Origin: Centroscyllium fabricii
Taxonomy: Eukaryota
DNA length: 64,000 bases
NCBI GenBank assembly: GCA_051313645.2
Contig: JBNRSN020000002.1
Coordinates: 552,544,001-552,608,000 of the forward strand
Direction: 5' to 3'
Shown: in pieces, positions 23,971-37,451 of the stretch
Position numbering within the stretch: position 1 is the first letter of the stretch
How the letters are laid out: each line of letters begins with the position of its first letter
Notes under the pieces: model-generated
Told to the model about the DNA's origin: nothing
The model's database searches: none
What the model saw: the letters and a program-made list of their open reading frames with translations, nothing else
Program-made: the position numbers and the translations under genes

Positions 23971-24498
23971 TGTTGAAAAGTTTAGTAAATAAAATTGACG
24001 TATTGTCAATAAGACTAAAAGACAAAGAGTTACCTTAACTAAAGGCTTTTATTTACTAAAGAATGGAGCATGTCTCAGCTGAGCTCCGGGCTGTACTGAC
24101 CGGGGGATGGTAAGCAGCCACCTATATACCTGGACCCAGAGGAGGGGTCAGAGGCGGGGTCAGCCAGGGCAGGCTCCTGCAGTCAGGTATTTACAGGTGT
24201 GTACAGAGTTAATAGCCAGGTATTTACAGGTACATTATGGTATCATGACAGCGGTATAACACAGGTTTGCCACACTTACCAAACTCAAATGGCTTGAACT
24301 CTAACTCGGCCTCATAAATTAGCTGAACTGTTTCAAATAGCTGGTGATCCTGCAGCAAAATAATTACTTTTCCAATCCCCCAGGTGAAAAATATCCTGCA
24401 AAAGCCTTTTGTTAACTCGTAAAAAATGAACAAATCAATCAAATCAAGCTTTTCCACACTGCTTCCTCATTGGCAACAGTTGCACACGACCGATCCCT

Positions 24499-24790
24499 AC
24501 TGTCTGCTGGTGTCACATGGCCGTGACTGCTGTCTGCTGGTGTCACATGGCTGAGACTGCTGTCTGATGGTGTCACACGGCCGATCACTTCTGTCTGCTG
24601 GTGTCACATGGCCGTGACTGCTGTCTGCTGGTGTCACACGGCCGTGACTGCTGTCTGCTGGTATCACATGGCTGAGACTGCTGTCTGCTGGTGTCACACG
24701 GCCGAGACTGCTGTCTGCTGGTGTCACACGGCCGAGACTGCTGTCTGCTGGTGTCACACGGCCGATCACTGCTGTCTGCTGGTGTCACAC
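24499..24790. repeat. 30-bp minisatellite, about 10 units
   Basis: CTGTCTGCTGGTGTCACA(C/T)GGCCG(A/T)GACTG repeated. Confidence 0.92.
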
Positions 24791-25384
24791 AGGTGAGACC
24801 TCTTAATGATGTCACCATTGTGAATACTCACCAAACTCCATGAAATCGCTCCTCCATCACTATTGAATGTAGCCCAAAGTGTACAACAAATATCCAGAGT
24901 CTGTTCAGGTTAGAAACATGAATCCTCTCTCGGAGGATTCATTAGTGATGATGTGTACCCGAGGACAGTTTGCCATTACACTCCTCAGTCACAACCACAA
25001 AAACAAATGACATTTTAAAACAACCCATGCGAAAGTAATTATAAAAATATTTCAGCAAACTAATCCCTCCTTAGGGGACCTTTGTTGGTAAAAATAATAG
25101 GCTTTAACTGAATGTAAAATAATGTGTCATTCAGTTGAAATAAAACACAATGGGGGCAATTTTAACTTTAGTCATTAGTGTACTACGGGCGATATCGAAT
25201 CAGCCGCCCTTTAAGAGCATAAGAAATAGGAGCTGGAGTCGGCCATTCGGCCCCTCGAGCCTGCTCCGCTGTTCAATAATATCATGGCTGATCCTCTATC
25301 TCATCTCCACTTTCCTGCACCATCCCCATATCCCTTGATTCCCTTAATATCCAAAAATCTATCGATCTCTGTCTTGAATATACT

Positions 25385-26310
25385 TGAAGTCGCACAACAC
25401 CAGGTTATAGTCCAACAGTTTTATTTGAAATCACAAGCTTTCGGAGCGCTGCTCCTTCCTCAGGCGAAAGAGAAGTTCATCTAAGACAGCGCATATACAA
25501 GGGAGAGAGCAATTTAATTGCTCCAACATCACACTTCAGCTGAGAGACATACAGAGCAGACAAAGGTGTTTTAACATATTTTAACATATTAATCAATCAC
25601 CAGTCTGAGATTAATGAGGTACATAGAAACATAGAAGATAGGAGCAGGAGTAGGCCATTCGGCCCTTCGAGCCTGCTCCGCCATTCAATGAGATCATCGC
25701 GGATCATCCAAACCCAGTACCCTGTCCCTGCCTTGTCCCCATATCCCTCGATCCTTATCGAGCCTGCACCGACACATATCCCACCCTATCCCCGTAACCC
25801 CACATATTCAATCCCCCTAACACTAAGTGTCAATTTATCATGGCCAATCAACCTAACCCGCACATCTTTGGACTGTGGGAGGAAACCGTAGCACCCGGAG
25901 GAAACCCACACAGACACGGGGAGAATGTGCAAACTCCACACAGATAGTACCCGAGGCTGGATTTGAACCTGGGTCTCCAGTGCTGAGAGACAACAGTGCT
26001 AACCACAATGCCACCGTACAGTCACAAAGGGTCAAATGTTACAGTCTTGTGTCTGTGAAAACACACAGAATGATTTTTTTTTTTAAGGATTTTCTTTACT
26101 GGAAATCGCCGCAGCGGACAAGACAAAGACGAATCGAGTCTGGATGACTCTACGTCAGGCGGGGTCACATGTAGCGCGACATGAAGTTCCATGAGGAAGG
26201 AGCAGCGCTCCGAAAGCTTATGATTTCAAATAAAACTGTTGGACTATAACCTGGTGTCGTGTGACTTCTTGCATTAGTCCACCCCAGTCCAACACCGGCA
26301 CCTCCACATC
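25385..26310. mobile_element. Inverted Penelope-like insertion (family 1) in a CR1 fragment, with nested HE1 SINE (about 25621-26016, -)
   Basis: Target duplication TCTTGAATATACT; long arm is the reverse complement of about 53498-53948; hammerhead motif at 25431-25467 (-). Confidence 0.8.
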
Positions 26311-27059
26311 TTGAATATACTCAACGACTGAGCCTCCACAGCCCTCTGGGGTAAAGAATTCCAAAGATTCACAATCCTCTGTGTGAAGAGACTTCTCCTC
26401 ATCTCAGTCCTAAATGGCCGACCCCTTATTCTGAGACTGTGACCCCTGGTTCCAGACTCCCCAGCCAGGGGAAACTTCCTCCCTGCATCTACCCTGTCAA
26501 GCCCTTGAAGGATTTTAATATGTTTCAATGAGATCAACTTTCATTCTTCTAAACTCTAGGGAATATAGGCGTAGTCTACTCAATCTCTCCTCATAGGACA
26601 ATCCCCCCATCTCAGGAATCAGTTTAGTGAACCTTCAGTGCACTCCCTCGATGGCAAGTATATCCTTCCTTAGGGAAGGAGACCAAAACTGTACACAGTA
26701 CTCCTCTCTCAATTTTCTTTTAAGTCTTTCTGCCCATGGAGTGAAATTATCCTCAATTGTAAGCACCATCTTGGATGCAGCTTTGGGGGAACAGCACGAA
26801 TGCAATGTGCCTTTGTCTCCCCCCTCCTCCCTGAGATCTGATGATCTACCTCCTCTCCCAGCCAACTCTCATAACGTCACCTGTCTCGTCCTGTTTGTTG
26901 AGTTACCAACGGCCTGCCTGCCTCTTGGCAGCTGCCTCATGAGCCCAGTCCACTCAGCTTTACACAGAATTACATCGGGCGTACAGCACAGGAACAGGCC
27001 ATTCGGCCCAACTGGTCTGTGCCAGTGTTTCTGCTCCACGCGAGCCTCCGCTCACCCTA

Positions 27060-28241
27060 ATACAATAGCAAAATACTGCGGATGCTGGAAATCTGAAACA
27101 ACAGAAAATGCTGGAAATACTCAGCAGGCCAGGCAGCATCCATGAAGAGAGAAACAGAGTTAACGGGCAGGATTTTCCTGAAGGTGTGGGAAATGGGTGG
27201 GATCCTCACTGATCACTCTATCTTCCCGCTTTCTGAAGGGTGTGGAATCCCCACGCAATTTTGGCTTAATTGGCCAATTAAGTCCCCGAGTGTGGGAAGA
27301 TCCTGGAAATTGAGGGATTTTGCCTAGAAACTAGGCGGGCTTTGACCTGTGTCAGCAGCAGAGCCGATGATTGGCAGCTGTACCGATAGGCTTGGTGTTT
27401 CTCGTTCTGTGCTTTCAGGGCATTATGATGTCATAATGCTATGTCAACAGATGAAACCACAAATCTAAGAGTGACAGCTTTACGTAGGCTGGCTGTGTTT
27501 GTTTGTGGTTTCAGTGGAATGTAAACAGAAACTGATCCACTGGTGACTGACAGCTGAGCTGCTTTGCTTCACAGACACAGCTCGCAGCGCATTCTCTCAG
27601 AGTCACTGGCAGGTAAGTGGTTTCAATGTTTTTGGCCACTGAAGTTTGGCACCATTGGGTACCAGTTACACCTCCAGCATGTTGGAGGCTAGCAAGCTGC
27701 TGTGCGGCTGCTGTTTCCCAGGCCTTGAAGGTGGCAGTCACCCAGCCGATTGGGTGCCCGCCAGCTTTCAACGGCGGTGTTCCCACCAGGCGGGTTCTGG
27801 GTGGGAAGAGGGTCAAAGTAACAAGGGGTCCTTAAAATGGCATTACCGATGCCAATTAAGGGCCCCTAATGAGCCTAATGAGTCTCACCGCCGATGCCGG
27901 GCGGGACTGAAGCGGGCCGATCGGACCCGCCGGGTGAAATTGACAAGCGGGCGGGAAGGTGGCGGGAGGAGTCGCGGACCCCCGTTTCTGCTATTTTCGT
28001 TGCAGTCCCGCCCAAATACCCGCCTCACGACCCGAGGAAAATCCTGCCCAGCGTTTCAGGTCTGGGACCCTTCATTCAAAACCTCCCCTCCTCTCAGCTG
28101 TCTCTGCATCTGCTTAATGTCTGTTACATATCCAGCTTTTTCCAGTTCTGGTGAAGGGTCCCAGACCTGAAACGTTAACTCTGTTTCTCTCTCCATGGAT
28201 GCTGCCTGGCCTGCTGAGTATTTCCAGCATTTTCTGGTATT
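27060..28241. mobile_element. Inverted Penelope-like insertion (family 2) containing MITE A copy 27165-28049
   Basis: 15-bp target duplication CCTCCGCTCACCCTA; hammerhead-like motif at 28144-28180 with mutated core CTGGTGA. Confidence 0.8.
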
Positions 28242-28963
28242 CCTCCGCTCACCCTACTTTGTGTAACCCCCATCAGCATATCCTTCTATTCCTTTCTCCC
28301 TCGTGTGCTTATCCAGCTTCCCCTTGAAGGCATCCACGCTTTTGGACTCAACTACTCCTCGCCATAGCGAGTTCCACATTCTAACCACCCCCCGGAAAAA
28401 TAAGTTTCTCCTGAATTCCCTACTGGATCTACTGCAGTTGGAGTGGACTCGCTGGTGGAATTTCCTGCTTGTTCTGTGCAGTCAGTTGAATCAGTTGATT
28501 CCAGTCTCTAGCGTTCCGGTGCCCACTGCGACCAAGGCTCGGGGCTTGTGCCAGCTGACTTATTGACCGCAAAGAAAAAGCAGGATCGCTGTCTGGCAAG
28601 TTTCAGCAACAATGGGCCCTGAGCAAGGCAAAGGCAATCATCTCGGATTGTGGGGAGGCCACTGCAACCCCAGTATTACCAGTGGGTATGCAGAGGCCCC
28701 AGTCTCAGATTGGGGGGAATGTTGCATTTCCCCCTCTCCCCCCAGTGTTACTACAGCAGCTCCTTTGCTCCCCAGATTGGTGCAGATGACCTTATTAGGA
28801 TGACTAACAGATATCACTGCCCTTCAAACGGTACAGAGGCAGATAATGAAATTGATTCTTGGATTTAGGAACTTAAGTTATGAGGAAAGGTTTGGGAATT
28901 TGGGATGAAGAAGACTTTGACCTAACTGAAACTTCCAAGACAATAAAGGGAATTAGAGTCTTA

Positions 28964-29720
28964 GGGGTAAATTTCCTCTCAGGTGTGGGGAATGGTCAGG
29001 TTTCCGGCGGGTCAGGTTTCCCCCATGAATGCTAAAGGGCCTGGGACCCCCACGCAATTTTGGCTCAATCGGCCAATTAATTCCCCGCGTGTGGGAACCT
29101 TTGCCAAGTGACTATTTTCAGTCTGAAAGTCGGCGGGGTGCCGGCTGCTTAAAGACCAGAGCCCCGTTACAAAGCAAAGTAAACCGCAGCCCTTTGACTG
29201 ACAGCTCTTGGTCAGTTACAATGGGAAGAGCAGCACAGCCCTTTGACTGACAGCTCCTGCAGAGCTATCTGTCAAACATGAGAAACAGCTGCAAGGTGAG
29301 TTTATTAGAAGCTATAATCTCACTGATATTGTACACCCTGGGGATACAGTTAGCCCTCCTGCAGGCTGCTCCCCAGGGACGACTTCTGGTACAGCTGATC
29401 ACATGTCATCCTTTGACTTGCAGCTGATACTCAGCAAGCCGATTGTGTCCCCGCCAGGTTTCACCGGCGGGGTTTCAAGCTGACGGGTTATGGGTGGGGA
29501 ACACCAGAAAATAGCAAGGGCCCCTTAAAATGGCATACATGCCAATTAAGGGTTCTTAAGGAGCCTAACGACCATTCCCGCCGGTTGCGGGCAGGAAAGA
29601 TTCGGGGCGGGCAGATACGGCGGCGGGAAATCATAAAGCAGCGGGGATCCAGTGAGGGGGGGGGGGGGGTCGGGACCCCCCAATTTTGCTATTTTGTACC
29701 CCGCCCCGCCGGAAAACCCG
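28964..29720. mobile_element. MITE related to family A
   Basis: GGGGTAAATTTCC start, GGCCAATTAA and AAGGGCCCCTTAAAATGGCA motifs. Confidence 0.65.
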
Positions 29721-29786
29721 ATAGAGTTACATAACACAGAAAGAGGCCCTTCGGCTCATCGTGTCCGCGCTGGCTATCAAGCCCTA

Positions 29787-30188
29787 CATAGAAACATAGA
29801 AACATAGAAGATAGGAGCAGGAGTAGGCCATTTGGCCCTTCGAGCCTGCTCCGCCATTCAATGAGATCATGGCTGATCATCCAAACACAGCACCCTGTCC
29901 CTGCCTTCTCCCCATATCCCTCAATCTCTATCGAGCCTGCACCGACACATTTCTCACCCTATCGCTGTAACCCCACATATTCAATCGCCCTAACACTAAG
30001 GGTCAATTTATCCTGGCCAATCAACCTAACCCACACATCTTTGGACTGTAGGAGGAAACCGGAGCACCCGGAGGAAACCCACGCAGACACGGGGAGAATG
30101 TGCAAACTCCACACAGATAGTCACCCGAGGCCGGATTTGAACCCGGGTCTCCAGTGCTGTGAGGCAACAGTGCTAACCACTATGCCAC
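29787..30188 (-). mobile_element. HE1-like V-SINE inserted in a CR1 tail
   Basis: Family consensus. Confidence 0.9.
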
Positions 30189-30189
30189 T

Positions 30190-31730
30190 CTGTCTATTCT
30201 AAACTCATTTTCCAGCACTTGGTCCATAGCCTTGTATGCTATGGTGTTTCAAGTGGTCATCTAAATGCCTCTTGAATGTTGTGAGGGTTCCTGCCTCTAC
30301 CACCCTTTCAGGCAGTGAGTTCCAGACTCCAACCATCCTCTGGGTGAAAAGGTTCTTCCTCAAATCCCCTCTAAACCTCCCGCCCCTTACCATGAATCTA
30401 TGCCCCCTAGTTATTGACCCCTCTACCAAGGGAAAAAGTTCCTTTCTATCTATCCTATCTATGCCCCTCATATTTTTGTACACCTCAATCAGGTCCCCCC
30501 TCAGTCTTCTCTGCTCTAAGGAAAACAACCCCAGCCTGTCCAGCCTTTCTTCATAGCTGAAGCGCTCCAGCCCAGGTAACAGCCTGGTGAATCTCCTCTG
30601 CACCCTCTCCAAAGCAATCACATCCTTCCTATAGTGTGGCGACCAGAACTGCACACAATGGGGGGAATTTTCATGTCTCCGTGAGGCAGGGTTTTCGGCG
30701 GCCGGGCCGGCAAAGTAGCGGATCGGGCAGGCTCCGCCACTCCCCGCCGGATCCCCGCCGCTTTCTCATTTTCCCGCCCCCAGATTCCCCGCCCCGAAAC
30801 CTTCCCACCGCCAACCGGTGGAGATGGGTTGTCACCTCATTAAGGGCCCTTAATTGGCATTTTTAATGCCATTTTAAGGGCCCTCAGCCATTTTGCGCTG
30901 TTTGCCGCCCTAACCCCGCCACCTTAAACCCCGCTGGGTGAAACCCAGCGGAAGCACAGCGCTGCTTATAACTTTTGCACTATAACCTGGTGTTGTGTGA
31001 GTTCTTGAATTTATTACTTTCTCTTTTAATGTCTGAAGGACTTGAAGGTCAAATGCTTGGCATGCCTCCAGCACCTTACAGGAGTAAGTAACTCTGTTCT
31101 GCCTTCAGTATCAGCTGAGACAGGAAACTGAGCAATCTCAGTTCTCACATAATGGCCTCTCAGCTTCTGCGAGCTGTGAGCGATTCGGAGCCCGCCCGCC
31201 CACCTGTCAATCACCAGGACCTGGCCTTTCCCATTGGCTCCACTCCACTGTGATGTCACAGTGGAGTGTTGCCATGGGAACTGATAACAACCAGTGCTGG
31301 AACTGTCAATCTAAGTGCTCGCAGCTCCGCTGCAGCCCGACCCGATTCACCTAATTACCTGCCGCTGCCGCCGACGGGGATTTAACAACCTCATTAACCT
31401 AAAATTGCGTGGCCTTCCCAGCTGGTTGGGTGGGCGGGACCGGAAACCACCCCGACCAATCCCCGCCAGGTTCCCGCCCTTCCGGAAAAATTCCCCCAAT
31501 ATTCCAGCTGTGGCTTTACCAGCGTTTTGTACAGCTCAGTCATAACCTCCCTGCTCTTATATTCTATGCCTTGGCTAATGAAGGCAGGTATCCCATATGC
31601 CTTTTTAACCACCTTATCCACCTGTCCTGCTGCCTTCAGTTCCTTTCTATCTACCCTATCTATGCCCCTCATAATTTTGTAAACCTCAATCAGGTCCCCT
31701 CTCAGCCTTCTCTGCTCTAAGGAAAACAAA
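30190..31730 (-). mobile_element. CR1 fragment interrupted by a family A-related MITE (about 30660-31497)
   Basis: QFWSPHYRKDVIALERVQRRFT...; MITE TIR GGGGGAATTTT/AAAATTCCCCC. Confidence 0.8.
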
Positions 31731-31854
31731 CTGGCCAAGTTGATCCAGGCAAATTGTCTCTGTGAAGGATTCAAATACCAAGGACACATGTTAAACATTG
31801 GGAAGTTCGGAGGGAGGAGGAAAGTCAGATATAATTTTTCGCTCAAAGAATAAT

Positions 31855-32616
31855 GGCCCAGAAATTGCAGTGGAGCCTTCGTGCGGGTGCAGAACCTGCT
31901 TAACGCACTTTAATTGCCCATATTCAGTTTTGCTTTTTTGCACTGAGAAATTCCCATTAGCCCAGCCTGTCAGAGCTCCGTGCGAGTTTCATGGGCATCT
32001 GAAGGGCGTAATTAGTGCGAGGTGGCTTTTGAGACAACGCGATTGGCACGGAGCCAATCAGTGGAAGCAATCCTCCGTTCAAAACTTCCACAGAGAAATC
32101 TGTGCGAGTTTTCAAAAGAGAGATTCTCAAAAGACATCTAAACACAAAATCAAAATTTTACAAACACCACATTTTTTAAACATTACCCCAACTAACACAA
32201 ATAACCTATTTTAAAGAAAAAATAAAAATTTGCAGACATTTTTTTTCACTTCCAACAGGTCTAAAAAAATACTTACCTGTCTTTAAAGTTATCAACAATT
32301 AAAAACCTGAAAAAACAACAATTAAAATCAATAAAATACACACTTACCAGATGAAAACGGGTGTTAACGACTCCTATTTTCCAGCGTTGAATTTTCTTCT
32401 CTTGGTCCGTAGAAAAAGTTAAAAAAAACATCGGGAAGTCTGGGCGCTTCCGTAGTTCGCTGCTTCCTGCGCTGGACCTCGCAGGAAGCAGCGACCCCGC
32501 CGCTGGGCGGCACAGGAAGTCCCGAAGCATGCGCTCCGGTTGCTTCCTGCGGGTTTAAGCTCTGGTGCGCTCGCAGAGCTTAAACCCGATATGCGCTGAC
32601 TGGAATTTCTGGGCCA
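31855..32616. mobile_element. MITE related to family B
   Basis: TIR GGCCCAGAAATT/AATTTCTGGGCC. Confidence 0.7.
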
Positions 32617-32940
32617 TATGATTTGTGGAATAAGTTTCCGGAGAAAAGCACTGATGTGGAATTATGGGTTCCAGTTCGTTGCAAGATTGAGGGTTATAGT
32701 ATGAATGTAAACAGAGGCTGTTTAGATATCAACAAGGGACTGGGCTTGGTGAGCTGAATGCCATTTTGCTGTTCCTAAAACATCTTGCATTTTTGTGCAT
32801 GAACCAGTTACTCACTACTGCTGGCACAGCACACACAATGGGACAACCTGCTCAGCATCTTCTCAACACACTCTTGGACCTTAGCCCTTTGTAGGATATG
32901 AGGCCTCCCTCAGTCACAATGTTCCATCCTCCACTCTTAC

Positions 32941-33023
32941 CTCATGATATTGGAGGCATCTTCAGCATCGGGATCAGGGCAGTACTTGTTAGCCAGAATT
33001 AGACATGCATCTGATGACTCTAT
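32941..33023 (-). CDS. KCNMA1: Slo1/BK exon (equivalent to exon 12)
   Basis: cag|ATA...ATGAG|gtaaga, 83 nt; [27 protein letters not shown](R). Confidence 0.95.
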
Positions 33024-34776
33024 CTGAGGCGCGGGAAAACATGAAAAGCCAATGAAAGGCGTGGATCAGATGCAAAACACAACATCAAATTCAAACACAA
33101 TTTAATAAACTGAAGTTCAAAAGATCTAGCTTCACTGGATTTTAAACTTCAGAGTAAACATTAACCCAAGTCCTATGGTTAGTCACAATCCCTCCTGTAT
33201 TTGTAAAGTTTTGCGTCGGAAGGCTGTATGAAAACAAAATAACATTATCCCGATCAAATCGCTTTTATGAAATATTAAAATGGAGAAAAGGTTTCGCAAG
33301 TGACACATCTCCGGTTCTTCCCAGAGCAATCCATCTGCTGCCCCCGCCCCCGCTCATTTTAGGACAAGTCACATGCAGCAAGGTCATGCTGCCTAAGCTC
33401 AACCTAAGAACTTCAACACTGACTAGGAAACCAAATATCGGCCTCTGCTAATCTTTGCTGATATCTTGGCCAATTGGAGGCCAGGAGCTGGTCAGCCCTA
33501 AGGGGAGATTGAAAGCTGGGGGGCACTTTGGAGAGGAATGTCTCTGATGCTGCATGTAGAGGCGGCCATTACTGACCCACCCTGGAGGCAGGCCTATCTC
33601 TGCTGGGTTGGATGGTTGTAAAAACGAGTTGACGTCTGGAGACATCCTCTTCAGCATATTATTTAAACGTAACTATGGAAGACGGGAGGAATTTTTGTGG
33701 GTAAAACAGTTGCTCCCTCGGCGGAGTTTGGCCCAATCGAACATTAAACTGTCAACGTAAAGCTCAGCAGAGGAATTAACAGGTCAGAGATGCTGGTTAG
33801 GAACTATTTTTCTCCAGTTTCAGTCAGTGTCGGCATCAAGGATTCCCGGGGCAGGCGAAGTGCAGCTCAATACAGAGCACGCTTCTTTTACTCTGGTAGC
33901 TTAAGAACCACCGCGGAAAAGCATCCTCGACTGCACCCCCGTAACAGGGTCCCTCTTCCCACACCAGCCACCCATATGGCAGCTCTGAATGAGACTTTCG
34001 GTTTCGTGCTAATTTCTCCCACGCTCTCGGCAGTTTCTTACTGTGGATCCATTCCCAATCAGCAGTTGGACTCGAGGCGACCTGATCTCAAGATCCTTAC
34101 ACTTGTCAGAGAGGGAAGGCTTCAATTTCACGAGCTTAGACTGAATTCCAACTTAACTCCCAGCCAAGGCCGGCCTTAGGCCAATTGAACCTATTTGACC
34201 CAATCCCACAGGGGGCCCCGCACCCATTACTTGAAAGTCCAGACTCAAAGCCCTAACACCTTCAAACCAAACCTGTGTCTTATTCTTTTGAGCTGCAAAA
34301 AGGCACCAATCAATAATTAGTCTAGGGCTAGAAATGCAGGCATGGAGCAGTCATGCACAACATGACTAATTATAGCAACCTTGAAGGAGATCTGGATCAC
34401 TTTACTTTCACATTGATGCTAAGGTATCAGACTGGGCGCTGACTTGAGTTTAGCCAGCCCTGAGTGATGTGTGATATCATATTGCTTAGGTTCCACCCTG
34501 GTCCAAATTGGGCCCCGCAATTGCTAAGGCCGGCCCTGCTCCCAGACCATAGATTACAGGGTACATAACAATCAGTGAAACAAAACCCAGTATCGCTGCC
34601 GCTGAAATCAAGTGGAACATCGGCTCGGTCGCCGTCATTTTGCCGTTGAAACTGACGGCAACTTCAGGATTTAGCGCATGTGCAGCCTAACGTGGCAATC
34701 CTGAATTTGTGGTCTGTCATTCACTGCTCTGACACTGGCTGCGCTGTGTGTCCCCCACCCCCCAACCTCTCGGTGG

Positions 34777-35181
34777 TTGGCACGGTGGCATAGTGGTTAG
34801 CACTGTTGCCTCACAGCTCTGGAGACCCGGGTTCAAATCCAGCCTCGGGTGACGATCTGTGTGGAGTTTGCACATTCTCCCCGTGTCTGCGTGGGTTTCC
34901 TCCGGGTGCTCCGGTTTCCTCCCACAGTCCAAAGATGTGCGGGGTTAGGTTGATTGGCCAGGATAAATTGACCCTTAGTGTTAGGGGGATTGAATATGTG
35001 GGGTTACGGGGATAGGGTGGGATATGTGTTGATGCAGGCTCGATAGGGATCGAGGGATATGGGGAGGGGGCAGTGGCGGGGTACTGGGTTTGGATGATCA
35101 GCCATGATCTCATTGAATGGCGGAGCAGGCTCGAAGGGCCGAATGGCCTCCTCCTGCTCCTATCTTCTATGTCTATGTCTA
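34777..35181 (+). mobile_element. HE1-like V-SINE
   Basis: Family consensus. Confidence 0.9.
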
Positions 35182-36488
35182 TCAAAACCGGCAATCAGTG
35201 AAATCACCGATCTGAACAAAATTTCACTTTTTACTGACAACTATCGGTGTCCGAAACCCCATAAAAAGTTCGACCCATTTAAATGAGGTGTAACTGGGTT
35301 TTTAACGGCGATCTGAGTCATGACTACTGATAAAAAACCGCTCTGGCCCTGAAAAACTAATTTTATATTGGTGGGACGTCAAATTTCTCCATAACGTAAA
35401 CAATTATTAGATTTTAAAATTAATGATTTTTTTTCAAAAGTTTGTTCATGATATTTCCGCTTCTACCTTAACCCAATGTGTGGATCCCAATCTTTATTGC
35501 GCTCTCTGTAAAAAAAAAAAAAATTTTTAAGTGATTAATTAATAGTGCTTTCTATTTCCTGGTTTCATGGCTGTGAGAATCCGGCATTGTGATTGACTGC
35601 CTGTTGACATCACAGCAGCTCGCACGATGGGATTCCCACTGTACTGCTGTACGTTGATTTCAACCGCACATCGGAAAAGCCAAACTTCTCGCCACCGAGA
35701 GCTTTGTGAGAAGCTTACTTCGGGGACCAGCGGCGAACGGCTTTGCTTTGTCACGGACCGCAAATTACAGGCTAATATTATCATTGTCAGTTGATGTCTG
35801 CCATAACATCCAACTTCCTGGAGATTTTTTTTTACTGGCCCAGAATTTGCTGGGAAATGAATGCTGAGTTAAACGTGCGCGCTGCTATTAGTGCGTAAAT
35901 AACCCAGCAATTTGTGGTGAGGAAGAGATACCGCGTGAGTTGCAAATCGCCACAAATTGCTAGGACGATTTGCACCGTTCAGCCGTCAGCCTCGCCCTCA
36001 ACCCTCACCCCGTGAGTTTGAAGAAATTGCAAATACTAATTAAACTCGCCGCAGAAAGTTAGGGCTGGTATTTAAGGACGTAAGGACTCTTTTAAGGACG
36101 AGATTTATGTTCCTGCAATGGCACTCAACCGCTCCAGTTCAGAAAGGCAGCAATTGAAACTGTGGTGTCTCATTCCTGCAGGTAGTAAATTGTTGTTAGA
36201 GGTTTTTAAAATGTAAACTTTACATTTTTTTTCTTACTTTCCCTGTCTCTTTTTTCCTCTCACTCTTAATTCAATCTTTCTTTGTGTCCTTTTATTTCTC
36301 TTTCCATACCTAATTTTGAGCTGAAGGGTGAGGGAAGTAAAGATGCCCCACTCCAGAAAGATCTGGGCCCCTGTCTGTCATTATGGCCACAACACTTTCC
36401 TGTGGGGCTCCAGATTCTCCACAGAACCTGGAGGGTTGAGATATGTGCCTGAAACTCGAGGCAGCCATTGTCTAACTCTTTATAATTA

Positions 36489-36574
36489 CAGTCAAACCTG
36501 TACAGAAAGGCCACTGAAGGAAAATGCAAAAAGTGGCCTTTATGGACTGGTGGCCTTTCTATACAGGTTGACTG
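36489..36574. mobile_element. 86-bp hairpin MITE (pogo/Tigger-like ends)
   Basis: TA|CAGTCAAACCTGTACAGAAAGGCCAC...GTGGCCTTTCTATACAGGTTGACTG. Confidence 0.65.
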
Positions 36575-37345
36575 CGGCCATTTTCTGGTGGGCGGGAAGG
36601 ATTTGGGCCGGCTAGATCCGCCGGCCGAAAACTGCAAAGCGGCAGGGATCCGGCGGGAGGGGTCATGACCACCCCCCCCCCCCGGTTTCGCAATTTTAAG
36701 CCCCGCCCCGCCGGAAACACGCCCTCACAGCCCTTCGAATTTTTTAATATTTTTTATGTTGATTGACACTGACCGCTGTGTGCGGTCGGAAACTGATTGA
36801 GAGATACAAACCGGGTGGCCGCCGGTCGCGTTGAACAGGCGGTCGTTGTGTACAGGGCTTACAGTACAGTATTTCTCTGCGGGGGAAACCGATGTGGCCG
36901 CTATGAGCAGGTAGCCGTTCTGTAGAGGTGGCCGCTAACCCAGGCTTGACTGTACACCCAGATACGGCGGGCGCAGGTGGCTACAGTCGGCGTCATGGCT
37001 TTCCACTCCAGGTGGCCGCTGGGTGTCAAGTAGACATCAATGGGCAGCGGCTGCGCTATTGATCCTGGTATTTGCAGCTGCATGCAGGCCTGGGTTCTGT
37101 CCCACTGCACCTTACACACTTGGCTAGATTTTCTTACACCAAATGAGACGCAGCTTTCTAAACAAACCGAGAAGAAACTAGAGCACATCCACCCGCAGTG
37201 ACTTTGAAAAGGAGCAGCCGATAAATCAGAAACCGGGGGGAACAGTTCCGAGCTAATGCAAACCTACTGCCCTGGCTGAGATACAAAAATACATCATACC
37301 CTAGCCCACAGGGCAGTAGAGTCAGAAAAAGGATACAGTCGTTAC

Positions 37346-37451
37346 CTTGACTCTGGCTAGATCGTGAGGGTTGAGGACAGAACCTTGGAAAAATTCCACC
37401 TGAGTGAAATGTCTTTTAAAAAGGGCTTCCAGCTCAAGGTTAGGGGAAACA
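37346..37451 (-). CDS. KCNMA1: Slo1/BK exon (equivalent to exon 11)
   Basis: cag|T...AAG|gtaacg, 106 nt; [35 protein letters not shown]; phase matches both neighbours. Confidence 0.95.

Larger units (their letters stand above)
19597..24274 (-). mobile_element. Full-length decayed Ty3/Gypsy LTR retrotransposon
   Basis: 279-bp LTRs at 19597-19875 and 23996-24274 (TG...CA, about 16 mismatches counted by eye), 5-bp target duplication CTTAC, polypurine tract AGAAGGGGTGAA before the 3' LTR. Confidence 0.97.
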
